DNA from: Felis catus
Taxonomy: Eukaryota
Reading direction: 5' to 3'
Assembly: GCF_018350175.1 (NCBI RefSeq)
Contig: NC_058377.1
Span: 57,536,001-57,600,000 of the forward strand
DNA: 64,000 bases
A program made the translations under genes and the position numbers. Shown in pieces: positions 34,922 to 47,206 of the stretch. Within the stretch, counting starts at the first letter, position 1. Every line of letters begins with the position of its first letter. A model generated the notes under the pieces. That model was not told the origin of the DNA. It saw nothing but the letters and a program-made list of their open reading frames with translations, and did no database searches.

Positions 34922-35110
34922 GGGACAGGATCCAGGCCTGAAACTTACACGATTCTGGGGGTCCCCTTAAGAAAAAGAATTCAAAATAATTTTGCTTTTG
35001 CAAATATTACAAAAACATATTGCCATGTCAATACATTACTAGGACCCCTCCCAAGACCCTAAGGAGCCATGCAAGTGCAGGGCCCTGAATGTTAAGGCTC
35101 TTTAGTTCCA
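34922..35110. mobile_element. hAT-Tip100-type fossil (MER45-like) in the KCNE3 3' UTR
   Basis: GCCTGAAACTTACACGATT...TTTTGCAAATATTACAAAAACATAT...GCAAGTGCAGGGCCCTGAA. Confidence 0.5.
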
Positions 35111-35452
35111 TGATTCGTGCACTTCTCCAGCCAGGTCACAGTGCCCTTCCGAGCCACATCTCCAGTCACTACCTCTAACACAGCCTCTTCTGATTTGATT
35201 AAACTCTGGGAAGAATTTTCTGACACCAAATTGAAATCTGCTTCTAGAAGGTTATTATCACACCTAGAAGATTACCATATTAAAAGAAGGAGAGCATGCA
35301 AGGCAGGTACCTGGTTCAGTGGAAGGATTCTGGTACATGAACTGAGTGGTCATGCCTTTCTCTGATCCTTTTCCCACCTCCTCACAATGAAACAGTTCAA
35401 CTGGAAAGTCTCTAAGAGCTCTACTAATTCTGACATTCTGGTCTTCACATAC

Positions 35453-35532
35453 ATTAGATTAAAACCATAAAATTGTGTTTGTAGGTCAAAAGCAGCTGAA
35501 TATCAGTAGTTTTCATATGGTTCAGCCTAATA
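35453..35532. mobile_element. MADE2-like mariner MITE (~80 bp, palindromic) in the KCNE3 3' UTR
   Basis: ATTAGATTAAAACCATAAAATT...TTTGTAGGTCAAAA...GAATATC...TTTCATATGGTTCAGCCTAATA, with degenerate terminal inverted repeats. Confidence 0.7.
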
Positions 35533-35830
35533 TGTGCAATGTGACGAGTGAATACCTTACAAGCTACAAATCCCCAGCTGGAACCTCGCACTGTTCTGTT
35601 TGATTACTGTTTAAGGGATGTACAAAGGGTCTCCAGAAAGCCCTACTGAAACATACATATTTGTATATAGCAAAAACCCGAAAGAATATTTTGATAGTAA
35701 TTATCTCTGAAAAATAAGGATTGTGATTTTCCCTTTTTTACTTAAAAAAGTATGTAATATTTGATTTATCTGACCATAAGTATGCTACTTGTATAATCGG
35801 GGGGGGGGGGAGCTACTTCCACCTTGAAAA

Positions 35831-35842
35831 AATAAAAATAAA
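35831..35842 (+). terminator. Probable KCNE3 polyadenylation signal (tandem AATAAA AATAAA)
   Basis: Two back-to-back hexamers followed by GT/T-rich TGCTTGTGTGTTTCTT; implies a ~1.5-kb 3' UTR. Another AATAAA occurs at 34647-34652. Confidence 0.6.
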
Positions 35843-35967
35843 TGCTTGTGTGTTTCTTGAATGGAAGATACAGAACACATTCATTCCCATGAGCAGTCAG
35901 TTGTGTTAACTCCCTGCAAATCTGTGCTGAGCCCCATATATGCTCAAGCCTTTCCTTAGTTTTTCTT

Positions 35968-36165
35968 TTTTTTTTTTTAATGTTTATTTATTTATTTTGA
36001 GAGAGTGAGCATGAGCAGGGGAGGGGCAGAGAGAGGGAGAGAAAATCCCAAGCAGGCTCCAAGCTGTCAGCGCAGAGCCCGACGTGGGACTCAGTCCCAC
36101 ACCCTGAGATCATACCTGAGCTGAAATCAAGAGTCAGATGCTTAACTGACTAAGCCACCCAGGCA
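35968..36165 (-). mobile_element. CAN-SINE
   Basis: Flanked on both sides by CTTTCCTTAG. Confidence 0.9.
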
Positions 36166-38564
36166 TAGCTTTCCTTAGCTCTTCTTGAAGGAGAAGGTAG
36201 AGACCTATTTAAGAAGATTTGACATATGGGAAGAAAACGATTCAGAAGTCTACAGTTGAATGAGACTTTAGAGAGCACCCAGTCCAAAGTCCCAAATAGG
36301 AAATGGAATCAAGAATAGGAATGAATGGTCAGGCTAGAAGGGTTTTAAGAAATGAGATTGGGTAGATTTTGAGGAGTCAGACAAAGGTAGAATTTGAACT
36401 GGGTTTTGAAAAGATAGGACTGATCTAAGTGGGCACAGCAAAAGAAGAAAACAAACCAAGGGAAGCTTGAGGGTAGAAATGTGGTGAAACCACACGCCTA
36501 AAGAGAGTGGTTGGCTGGGAAATTGGGCAGGAAGCAGACCCAGTGTGGCAACTCTGGGACTTCAGTGTCCCTAACCATGGTAGTGGCTCTCCTTCACAGA
36601 GTCCTTATGCTTACAGGATTAAATAATAGAATAATATGAATTCTTTTGCTTGCAAGTTGCAGAAACCCAGTGTATATTAGCATTAACAGGAAAGAGGATT
36701 TGTTGAAGGGAGCATGGAGCAGTCAGTCACAAGTTCAAAAGAAGAGCTACTCCTGAGTAGCACCAGGGCAACTCCTGAGCACCAGGGCAGCTCCTGAGCC
36801 TAGAACTACTTATTTGCCTGAATTCACAAAGTAAGGGCTCTATATACCTCGTTACTACCCTCCCCACCCTCCAGCTCTACCCCACCCCAAATGTTTGCGA
36901 GTTAAGTGGCAATACCCTCTCAGCACATAGGATTTTTTATCGGCACCGGTTCTGCCCTCTGCTGACCAGATCCCAGAACATCACCTTGAGCCCTCAAAGC
37001 AAAACTTCAACAATCCCTCATTCGCCAGACATTTACTGAGGGCCCACTACGTGCCAAGCACTCATCTAGGCACTCTTGGAATACATAAGTAAAAAAGATC
37101 AAAGAAACCCCTGTTCTAACACTTAAGAGCATTTATTATATGTCAGGTAGTGGTCTAAGCATTGTATATACATTAACTCATTCAGCTTGTAATACCCATA
37201 TAACAACGCTTATTAGTAGGTGTTCCTTATAATTACTTCAGTAGAGCCCACTAGTTCTTCATCTGACTGCTGTACCACATTCAATCCAACTTTGGCACCA
37301 TGGTACACCCAACCCAGGGTGTGGATCTGAATTGTCCCTTGAAATGAATGGGAAAGTGATCTGGGGAAATGGTAGCAGGGCACTGACACTGATAGGTTGA
37401 GGTTGGGTTCCCTAGAAGCAGAATTTGAGACAGGCATTTATTGATGGGGCACTTTTCAGGAAAAACCTTCAAGGGAGAGAAGGAAGTAGATAGGAAAGGG
37501 AAAGAACCAAAATGTGTTCTCATGTCCCTAGCATAATCCTCAGGGAACTGTTCTACATGGCAGGGGCACAAACCACACAGCAGGATTACACCCCCTTGAG
37601 GCAAGGGGGATGGCTCTTTATGCCCCTATATAGTCAGTCATTGGTTGTGGACCACCCTGGTTGGGAGGGGGGACAAGAGGAAGGTTGTAAGGAGGATCTC
37701 ATCAACGGAGGGCAATTCTCTGGAGACAGGTGATGGCTGCTAGAGGGGGTACTTAATCTCGGAGGGGCACTTGACAAGAGCTTAGTAACATGACCACCAC
37801 TGGCTCCAAGGCAAGTAGGCAAATGAGGTTCCTGCCTGGGCAGCGATGTCCTAACCAAATCTCTATTACTGTGGAAGGGAAGAATGGATTTCAGTGGACA
37901 GCTAGTGGTCTTCACCCTACCCTCCTCACTCTTTCCCCCAGGACTGGCCATGAAAGAAAAATGTACAGCCTTGTCAAGAAGAAAGAAGTGCTGTTACTCT
38001 GATTTGGTCTTGTTTTTGGGGGTGTGTGGGGGTTGGAACCTTGTAGGTATAACTAAGCCTGTCCTGGCAGTGTGACTTTTACTCATTTTTTTCCCCTGGT
38101 ATTGGTGAATCTTGTCTCATCTCTCTTTGTAATGGCAATATCCGAGATGTTGGTTTAAGCATAAGGGAAATAGACAAAGCAAGGCTTTCAGCCTGTTTCA
38201 GGTGCCACTAAGAAACCAAGAATATGATCTGCCTAGATGAAATCAGAGGACCCATCCGTGGCAGTGGTTAAACACTGACAGAGAATGAGCTCCTGGGGAG
38301 CAGGAGAGTCAGAAATTAGTGACCAGGAAAAAGTGAAGAAAAACTAGTTTTTGATGTGCAGCCAATCTCTGCTAAGCACTGTGCTGAGAATTTGCATGTT
38401 ACCTATTTCACCTTCCCAAAATCTCTTAACTTTTTTAAATCCTCATTTAATAGATGAGGAAACAGAAGCTCAGAGGTGAAATAGCTTCTTTAACATTCAC
38501 TTAATGCGTGAGGCTGTCTAGATTTTAACACTGACTTGCCTGCATTCAAAGCCCATGTTGTCTC

Positions 38565-39406
38565 TGATGTGGGAAACAATGGCAGAAGAAAAAAAAAATT
38601 AAATTTCCTGACAACTTAACAGCCCATTGACAAGTCCTTGGGACAGGCAGAGTGACCTTCCTCTAGGAGCTCAGCTGCCTCGATGATGACACTTTGCTAA
38701 GGGCAAAGGCAATCAACATTATCCCAAGCTCCAGGATCCTGTAAGTCTACTTAAACAAATAAAAATTGCTTTGGAGGGGCACCTGAGTGGCTCAGTCGGT
38801 TAAGCGTCCAGCTTCAGCTCAGGTCATGAACTCATGGTTTTTGAGTTCGAGCCCCTCGTCAGACTCTGTGCTGACAGCTCAGAGCCTGGAGCCTGCTTTG
38901 GGTTCTGTGTCTGCCTCTCTCTCTGCCCCTCCCCCGCTCATGCTCTGTCTCTCTCTCTCTCTGTCTCAAAAATAAATAAACATTAAACATTTTTTATTAA
39001 AAATAAATAAATAAATAAAAATTGCTTTGGAAACTTCCTTTATCTCTACCCCGCAAGATATATGTTGACAATCATACTCCAAGCTTACAGCCCCCTGATA
39101 TACATGTGAAGGGTCTCATGACTGAGTTTTTACTAAACAATAACAAATGATCTCTTCTTAACAGCAGCTAGCCCTTCAAGGTCCTGGAAACCTTGTTTCC
39201 AAAATTCCTTAGAGGCTTACTCTATCCCTAAAACCCTCTCCCAACTTGAAAGTATATAATCAGCCACCCATCACAACCCCAGTGCAGCTCTTTCTGCCCA
39301 GGGGTCCTGTCCCCATGCTTTAATAAAACCACCTTTTTGCACCAAAGATGTCTCAAGAATTCTTTCTTGGCCATTGGCTCTAACTCCAACACCTCAAACC
39401 ACATCA
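38565..39406 (+). mobile_element. Solo ERV LTR (ERV1-like, probably carnivore-specific), inserted in a MIR
   Basis: Perfect 8-bp inverted termini TGATGTGG...CCACATCA; 4-bp TSD TCTC/TCCC with one mismatch; TATATAA at 39253-39259 and AATAAA at 39322-39327. Flanks rejoin as a MIR. Confidence 0.85.
38776..39012 (+). mobile_element. CAN-SINE inserted in the solo LTR
   Basis: TSD AAATAAAAATTGCTTTGGA at 38757-38775 and 39013-39031. Confidence 0.95.
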
Positions 39407-39431
39407 TCCCCACCATAGCTGGCTCCTTTGA

Positions 39432-39770
39432 GAGTCACATTAGATCCTTTCTTGAATGTAAACCCTTCTAATCTCCCAGCAGACTGTGGCCGGCCTCTCT
39501 GTTCCACCTTCAGGGATCAAAGAGAGCAATCACAATCTCATCCCTGCCCAGCTTCTTCCATCCTCAATCAAGATGCCTTAAAGAGAAGAGAGGACATTGT
39601 CATGATTCTATGGGAATAACAAGCCAATTGGGACGGCTCTCGAGTGAGGGTCCCTGAGTCCCCACAACATTGACTCCAGACACTGGGGACAAGGGGAACA
39701 GAGACACCAGCCACAGAATCCGCTGGGAGATTAGAAGGAGTTAATCTCAAGAAAGCATCTAATGTGAATC
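39432..39770. repeat. Imperfect inverted repeat / fold-back of unknown origin
   Basis: 39435-39510 is ~80% identical by eye to the reverse complement of 39691-39767, including an exact CCTTCTAATCTCCCAGC core. Further inner stems are present. Confidence 0.9.
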
Positions 39771-40462
39771 ATTGCTGCATCTCCCTTAGTCAGAGACAGG
39801 ATGGGATTATTTAAGTACATCTGAAAAGAGCTCTGTGGGACAAATGCAGGCTGACAGTTCTGCTTTTGGTTTATTATGTATTCATTCATTCAACAAATAT
39901 TTATTAGGTACTTAGTTGTAGGTAAAGTGTTTGGGACTAAGAGAACAGCAACAAATAAGGTAGGCATGGTCCCTGCCTTCATGGGGGCAAAGATTAGCTC
40001 ACCACTTCAGGTTTTCTACCTATAAAAACATTCTATTTCTATGAAGTTTTACTTTGAACCCATCTCTGCCCCTCCCTAACATAGACTGAGGCTACTTTCA
40101 CCCATCTTACTGCCCGGTTTATGATTCTCTGATCATTTTTACCACGTTGTACTCTTTTGGCACGTCTTTTTCCCTCCAAGAAACAATGCAAAGGTGCAGA
40201 CAGGGACCATGTCTAATGTATCTCTATGCCCCATCAACTAGGATAAAGCCTGGCACAAAGTAGATGCTTAATAAATATTAGAATGGATTAACATTATTAT
40301 GAGTATTGTGCTACATAACCTCTCACATGTATATGTACTACCAATCTTTCAAACTATTTCTCTCTCCATTATCTCATTTGGTTTAGAGAATTTTGTTCAG
40401 TGGTTTCAATTGAAAGTGAATATGAGAGCACTTTGTAAAATGCTCTCATAAAGGGTGAAGCA

Positions 40463-40668
40463 GGGCATCTGGGTGACTCAGTCAGCTGAGTGTCTGACTC
40501 TTGATTTGGGCTCAGGGTATGGTCTTACGGTTCGTGGGTTCGAGCCCTGCATCAGGCTCTGACAGTGCAGAGCCTGCTTGGGATTCTCTCTCTGCCCCTC
40601 CCCCAACCCTCTCGCACGAGCACGCGGGCACGCTCTCTCAAAAATAAATAAACATTAAAAAAAAAACT
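40463..40668 (+). mobile_element. CAN-SINE (older)
   Basis: Flanked by GGTGAAGCA repeats. Confidence 0.88.
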
Positions 40669-40884
40669 TTAGCGGTGAAGCATTGTTGTTGAGCTCTCTT
40701 GCTAGCCCTTAGGCTGGGATAATTTAGGTGACGTACTTAAGGTCATGTAGGAGTGTATGCTAGAATCTGTCTCCTGATTTTCATTTCTGGACTTTTCCTT
40801 CCTGCATCAAGGGGAAACTGACAAAAAGAGAGGAACAAAGTACTCAGGAAGCCCATGAATGTGAATGCAAACTCCCACGAGTGG

Positions 40885-41270
40885 ATTCAGGGTTCTGTGC
40901 CCAGATCTTTCACATCACCCAGCTGCTGGGAATGTGAGCTGCTCCCGGCTCCCAGCCGCATCTCTGTGTGTTGTCCTGGACCACAGATGACTATTTCACC
41001 ACCCCTCCTGGAGGTGACTCACAACCAATGACAGACTGATGCAGGGATATATAAAGTTCTGGTTCCGTGGCATCAGTTTGGGACAATTCAGCTGCCACCT
41101 CAACTCCAGACCTCCTCGTTAGGATCAGATGAGGCTTCAGTTGCAACCACTGTGTGAGTTAGCTTCTCCCTCTGTCTACTCCTGTGTCCTCACTTACTGA
41201 GGTACCTGCCCCCCAAAACCTGCATGCCACTCTCTATCTCAGTCTGGTTCTAAGGGAATCTTTCCCTGGA
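40885..41270 (+). mobile_element. ERVL-type LTR (LTR16-like)
   Basis: CCCAGCTGCTGGGA...CCAATGAC...TATATAAA...GGGACAATTC...GCTTCTCCCTCTG, the same architecture as 6190-6610. Confidence 0.65.
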
Positions 41271-41931
41271 GATAGAAATGACAGAGGAATGAGAGGACAG
41301 AATATAGATGGGGGCAGTTAGTGGTTCTAACAAAACCAAAAAGAAGATGGGACAGTGATCAGTTCTTTGAATAAGAACTAGAGAACTTGAGAAAAGAGCG
41401 TTATGGTCATTGAATAAGAACTAGCCACTAGAGGGCCCAGCACTACAGGTCTAGAGCTCTGCTGCTAAGTTAGAAGCAAAATTCTCATTTTGCCCTTCAC
41501 TTGGCAGATGCCCACCATAATTATGTGCACTATGTGCACTAAGTGGCCGAACAGTTCCTGTCCTTTTACCTCGTCCATGAACATCAGTGCCCTAGCCTGT
41601 TCTAATACCGTTACCAAGCCCTCTGTTCCATTACATATAAACGTACTCCTATAAATCAAGGCTTCGAAAGCCTGTGTTTTTTCCACCCACTGCTCATTGG
41701 TTCTCAAGGGGTTCAGAAGATCTGAAATGTAGAATTCCAAATGGTTGGTTTGGAAAATTCTCACCCACAAATTGGGAGAATCAGCAACATATTCTCTCTA
41801 GTATTGTCCTTTCCCTACCTCCTCTGCTTCCCCAGTTTGGAGTAAAGATAAGACCTGCAAGGTTAGATGTGAAATATAGTGGCCAAGGGAGAAACAGGTT
41901 ACAAGAGACTTCACAGAAGACGAAAAAGTTT

Positions 41932-42369
41932 GAGGCACCTGGGCGGCTCAGGAGGTCAAGCGTCCGATTCTTGATTTCGACTCAGGTCATGACATCACGA
42001 TTCATGAGATGGAGCTCTGCATTGGGCTCTGCGCTGACAACATGGAGCCTACTTGGGATTCTCTCTCTCCCTTTCTCTCTGCCCCTCCCCTGCTTGTGCA
42101 CGCATACTCTCTCTCTCCCAAAATAAATAGATAAAAAATTTTTAAAAAAAGAAAAAAGAAAAAGAGGGGCACCTGGGTGGCTCAGTTGGTTAAGAATCCC
42201 ACTTCAGCTCAGGTCATGATCTCGTGGTTCGTGGGTTCAAGCTCTGTCTGGAGCCTGCTTCAGATTTTGTGTCTCCCTCTTTCTCTGCCCCTTCCCTGCT
42301 CATGCTCTGTCTCTCTCTCTCTCTCTCAAAAATAAACATTAAAAAAATGGTTTTTAACTTAAAAAAAAA
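41932..42369 (+). mobile_element. Two tandem CAN-SINEs (second, from 42166, inserted in the A tail of the first)
   Basis: Outer TSD GAAAAAG(T/C)TTGAG brackets both elements. Confidence 0.88.
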
Positions 42370-44056
42370 GAAAAAGCTTGAGAATATGGTGTAATTGAAT
42401 GAATTAAATCAATTAATTTTTTTTTTCTGCTTAGTAAAAAGACAGAACATTTTCATCTGTACCCTTTTTGGAAGGACAGTTAGTCCTTTGTAGGTTGGGA
42501 GGCTTTCTTTACCTCAGGGGAAAAACATTTAGAGGTCCTTTTCCAACATATATATTCTTGAAGGGAAAAAGCTGGATTATTTGGGAGGGTGACTCAAAGC
42601 CAAGAGGATGAAGGGGTGGTGGGGACCTGCACTTGGCTCTCTCCCAATATTTTTGGCAGTGGTAACTATAAGGATGCCATGGCTTTGGGAGTCATACAGG
42701 AACTCTTGGCGGCCAAGTTTAGATTAGAAAGAGTAGATGCCTTGACCAATTGGGCCAGATACATCAGACTACAACACACCTCCCTGAACAGTGAGCTACA
42801 ACTATGATGGGCTAAAGACACTTCCCCGGGTTTTCTAGGTTGGGGAAGCCCTGAGATTTTGGCATCCCCATAAAAGCTCTGAAATTTTATGTCCCACTAA
42901 CCTGGTAGGTGAGAGTGAAGCTAAATTTAATTAGATTTGAATTAGAGAAATTAAAATTTGACTTGATTTGATTTAGAAAAAAATAAAGAAATCTAATGTT
43001 CTTGCACTCATTATCGATAAATCAAATGAGTTCCAATAGTTGGTCCTCTGATATCACAATAGCAAATCTAGTGTGGTCAGGTTTAATAAAAGGATAGTAA
43101 TAATCCTTTGAGAGATTACCATGTGTTAAGCAATGCATTATTTCATTTAATCTTCACAATGACCTATGAGGTAGACTGAGACAGAGGAGCACAGTGGGTC
43201 ACCCTAGGTCACATGGCTAGTAAATGGCAGAACCAGGTTTGTTGGATTCCATGTCTGTCTGACTTCTACAGCCACTCATTCCCTGCCATCTAGCCATGTT
43301 TTCACTGACATCTAATCCATCACTCCCTAACTCTTTTAGCCAGATAGTCACTTAGACAACAAATGATATTAATGCAGTGCTTCTGTTACTGGAACAGTGA
43401 GATAGATCTACCAGCAGTTCGAAGAACAAAAGAATCTTAGAATTATAGAGTGTTTGCACTGGCAGCTGGTCTAGTGGGAAGAGCAAGAGCTTTAGAGCCC
43501 TGTGGGCTCGCTTGGAATCCTGGCTATTCACTCCCTATGTGACCTTGAGTAATTTATTTGACCTCTTTCATTCTCATCTTCTGTATTTGTATATCACATA
43601 TAATAGTACACATATATTTTCACTAGACTGATGTGAGGATGAGAAATAATATTAGAGACAACCTTTCTCTTTCTGTCTCTAGATACACAAACACGCACAG
43701 GATCAGCTACATAATGTATGGGGCCCAGCGCAAAATGAAAATGCAGAGCTCCTTGTTTAAATATTACTAAGAATCAAGATGAGTCAAGAATCAAGATGGT
43801 GACAGCAGATGGTAGCCATTGATTAAGTCAAGCATGGGGCCCTTCTCAAGTCAGGACCCTGATGGCATGTCAGCGCATGACACAGAGTAAGTGTGCAATA
43901 AATGGTAGTCCTTTTTTCTCTCTAGATCATTGATTTCAAACCTCTCCTTTTGCAGATGAAGAAACTGAAGTCCAAAAATGATGAAAAAGGCAAATTAGTG
44001 GCAAAGATGTGACCACAACCCAGACCTCTTCTGTTCCCAGTCAGTAGTCTTTACCT

Positions 44057-44297
44057 CAGCATTTCCTAAGTGTGTTCTGTGTGGTAATAGATATTCCGTG
44101 AATAAAAGTTTCCATTTGTAAGCAAGTTTGAAAAACATTGGACTAAGGGTAAACAGATATCTTTTGCAGAGCTCTTCAGAGACTTTTCTATGAGCAACAT
44201 GAATCTTCAAGACAAGGATATAATATGGAACATTCCCTCATAGTATCAATACGGAATCCTTTCTCAAGAGCATATTGGAACTCTTTGGGAAATGCTG
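44057..44297. mobile_element. hAT-like non-autonomous DNA transposon fossil
   Basis: Terminal inverted repeats CAGCATTTCC...GGAAATGCTG; no TSD recognisable. Confidence 0.55.
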
Positions 44298-45565
44298 TTC
44301 AACCAGTGCTGCAGAACAGTGGAAGTTTCCATGGATTTTGATCTGTGGGGTGTGGTTGTTCTTAGTCTAAATTAGGAACAAATATATTCCTTCCATTAGG
44401 CCTTTCTGTCGGCATCTCTGCCCTGGCTGATTTGTAAGCCTGAGGTTATAAAAATAATGAAAACCAGACTCCAGGAAGAGCATACTTGTTTAGAGTCACC
44501 CAGCTGCATTCGAAGGGACATCACATCCACTCTGCCCTTCCTCCAGGAGCAGGAATATACAGACAAAACATACACATGACCCCCAAATTCCTTCCATTAT
44601 AAGTAATTTGCTCACAGCCACCACATTTTAAAAGTAACAGCTAAAGGCCCACGTGATGGTACCCAAGAAGCCGGGAAATCATGCTTCTTGTCTTAGCCCC
44701 TCCACTTATTATTAGCCATTTGACCTACATGGTTAATTCATCTTCTCATCCTCTTATTTTTATTGAAAACCTTCTTGCGTCAAATTAATTTCTCCTTTCT
44801 TTGAACTACCACACATTTGTATTTCGTCTGTGACACTCCTTCCTTCTCCCCAGGCCTTTGAGAATCTCTATGAAACACAGTTTGAGAATCAGCACACTAG
44901 ATGATCTCTATAGTTCCTTTCAGCTCTGATACTCTGTTATTCACATTTTTATATAGTTTTGCAAGCTCTTGCCTCTACCTCTTAACAAAGGACACTAGCT
45001 CCTTGAGAAATATTCCTCTTAATTCCTGGGAGACCCAGAGAGTGATTCTCACAAGCTGTGTTGTTGGGATGCCAGGTGACACTGACCCTTCTGGGGTCCC
45101 CAGTGCCCAGAACCTATTATACGGATTGTGCAGTGGAGAGAACACCTTTCTCCCCGTATCATGTTATACTTTGTCACATGGGCTTCCAATAGGTATTATT
45201 TATGCCCTTTGACTCAGACTTTTATTAAAGCATCTCTTCTATATTTTGCTGATTCCTCCTCACCCCCATTCCCCTCCACAAATTACTAAGCATGTGCCAA
45301 TGGTAGGGGTAAGGCTGCATCGAGGCTAGGAAACCAATCCGTGATAAACCTAATGTTGAACTTAGACTCCTCTTTGATTCTGAAGATTCTGTGACTGGAT
45401 CCACATTGCCTATAATCCTCACTTTCCTTAGGATAAGTTCCCTCCCAGGAGACACCTAAAGCCCTCATGAAAAATAGACCTTTGGTGAGTTGGCCCAACT
45501 AGGTTGGAAGTGCTTGTTTGGGACCTCCAGGAAGCAGATGGCAAGACAGAGTAAGCAGTCCAAGA

Positions 45566-45811
45566 GGGGCGCCTGGGTGGCTCAGTCGGTTAAGCGTCCA
45601 ACTCTTGACTTCCACTCAGGTCAGGATCTCACGGTTCATGAGATCAAGCCCCGCATCAAGCTGTGCACTGGCAGTGCAGNNNNNNNNNNNNNNNNNNNNN
45701 NNNNNNNNNNNNNNNNNNNNNNNNNNNNNNNNNNNNNNNNNNNNNNNNNNNNNNNNNNNNNNNNNNNNNNNNNNNNNNNNNNNNNNNNNNNNNNNNNNNN
45801 NNNNNNNNNNN
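45566..45811 (+). mobile_element. CAN-SINE running into an assembly gap, within ERVL-LTR-like sequence (~45490-46195)
   Basis: SINE head at 45566-45679, then Ns. Confidence 0.8.
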
Positions 45812-47167
45812 TGAGAGAAACACCTTATAAAAGATAAAGGGGAAAGGAAAGAGGAAAGCCTCAGACTGCAATGCAGTTCTGACACCGGTGAATGGAGGAG
45901 GAAGGAAGCAAGATTGGCCGAGAGCATAATAATAATAATAAATAATGCAGCTCTGAGAAAGCTGCAGGGCAGACTGCCCATTAGAGGAACCCCACGTTGG
46001 GCAGGAAAGGCTTGGCTCTAGCACATCTGCAGTGCCCTGTCACTGACAGGGAGAAGGACAGGGAAAGCATGACTGGTGTATTAACACTGGTAGATCCCAA
46101 AGATGCTACAGCTAGAGGCTGTCAGCTAACTACACTCATCCCAGGAGGCTCTCTGTATGGGAAATCTGAGCAGTGCACTCCCTATGCCTGCCACACTGGA
46201 CATGCACACACCTGTGTGAATTCAAAAATGGGCATAATTTAAGCTCAAACTGAGGCCTATTTTACATATTTATGACAAATATTTATTGGACCTATACAAG
46301 ATATTGCACTCAACACTGTAATACCCCTGCCCTCTCCAGTGGAATGACTGAATCTGGGAAGATCTCAAATAATTGGGTGGGTTTTTATTACCTTTATTGT
46401 CAACAATAGGCATGTATTAATAGCCTCTATTATATATTAATACTGTGTCAAGCGTAGTGCAAAAGAGAACAATCCTTACAGAGCTCAAGGTAGGTTAGCA
46501 ATCAAATATCCCTCACCCCTGGGGAGCTCAGAGGAGACTTTTGAAGACTTTCCTCGTGCTAATGACTGGATGCTCCAAGGACAAAGGATCCTTTTAGTAG
46601 AACTGGCCTTGGCGGTTACCAGAGAGACCTTGAAACTGATCTGGCAGCCTACCAGGTGGCACAAGGGCATGCTCCACCCTCAGGACCCTGCCAGCCAAGA
46701 TTCAGGATTTGCTGAAAGGCAGGCCCAACACCTGTTGTGGCTCCTGGATTAGAGTCAAAATTTGAGAGACACAAGGTAGGGAAGAGGAAAGAACTGGGAA
46801 AGAGGAAATTATAGCTAGAAAGATAAGATGCGGGGGGGGGGGGGGGGGTGCTTTTCAGAACCATGCCAAAACTCATCCCAAACTAATCCCCTGGCAAAAC
46901 AGATAGTGTCGGGGTGGAAAGAGTACTGGGCCTGACATCTAAGCTCAGTTTCTAACTCCCTGGCTGACCTTTGTCATTCAATGCTCCTCTGGGCCTGTGC
47001 TCCTTAGCTGTAATCTGCAGAACTAGGCCAGGCATTCTTTAATGTTCTTCCATTTGAACAGTCTAAGATTCCAACAGCTTCCCTAAATTAATCTTGGAAG
47101 AGTCTGCAGAAAGGCATGAAAGAGAAGGGGTACAGAGTGAAAAGAATTTCCAGCGAAGCCAAGAATA

Positions 47168-47206
47168 ATATGATATGATATGATATGATATGGTATGATA
47201 TGATAT
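47168..47206. repeat. (ATATG)n pentanucleotide repeat, ~8 copies
   Basis: Read directly; one variant unit. Confidence 0.9.

Noticed and set aside
36750-36800. Short direct repeats (GCACCAGGGCA.CTCCTGA x2; also 43769-43798 and 13031-13080) as a CRISPR-like array
   Set aside because: Only 2-3 adjacent copies, no unique spacers, eukaryotic context; simple slippage duplications.
46832-46848. G17 homopolymer as a functional G-quadruplex
   Set aside because: Isolated intergenic run of unreliable length with no supporting context.
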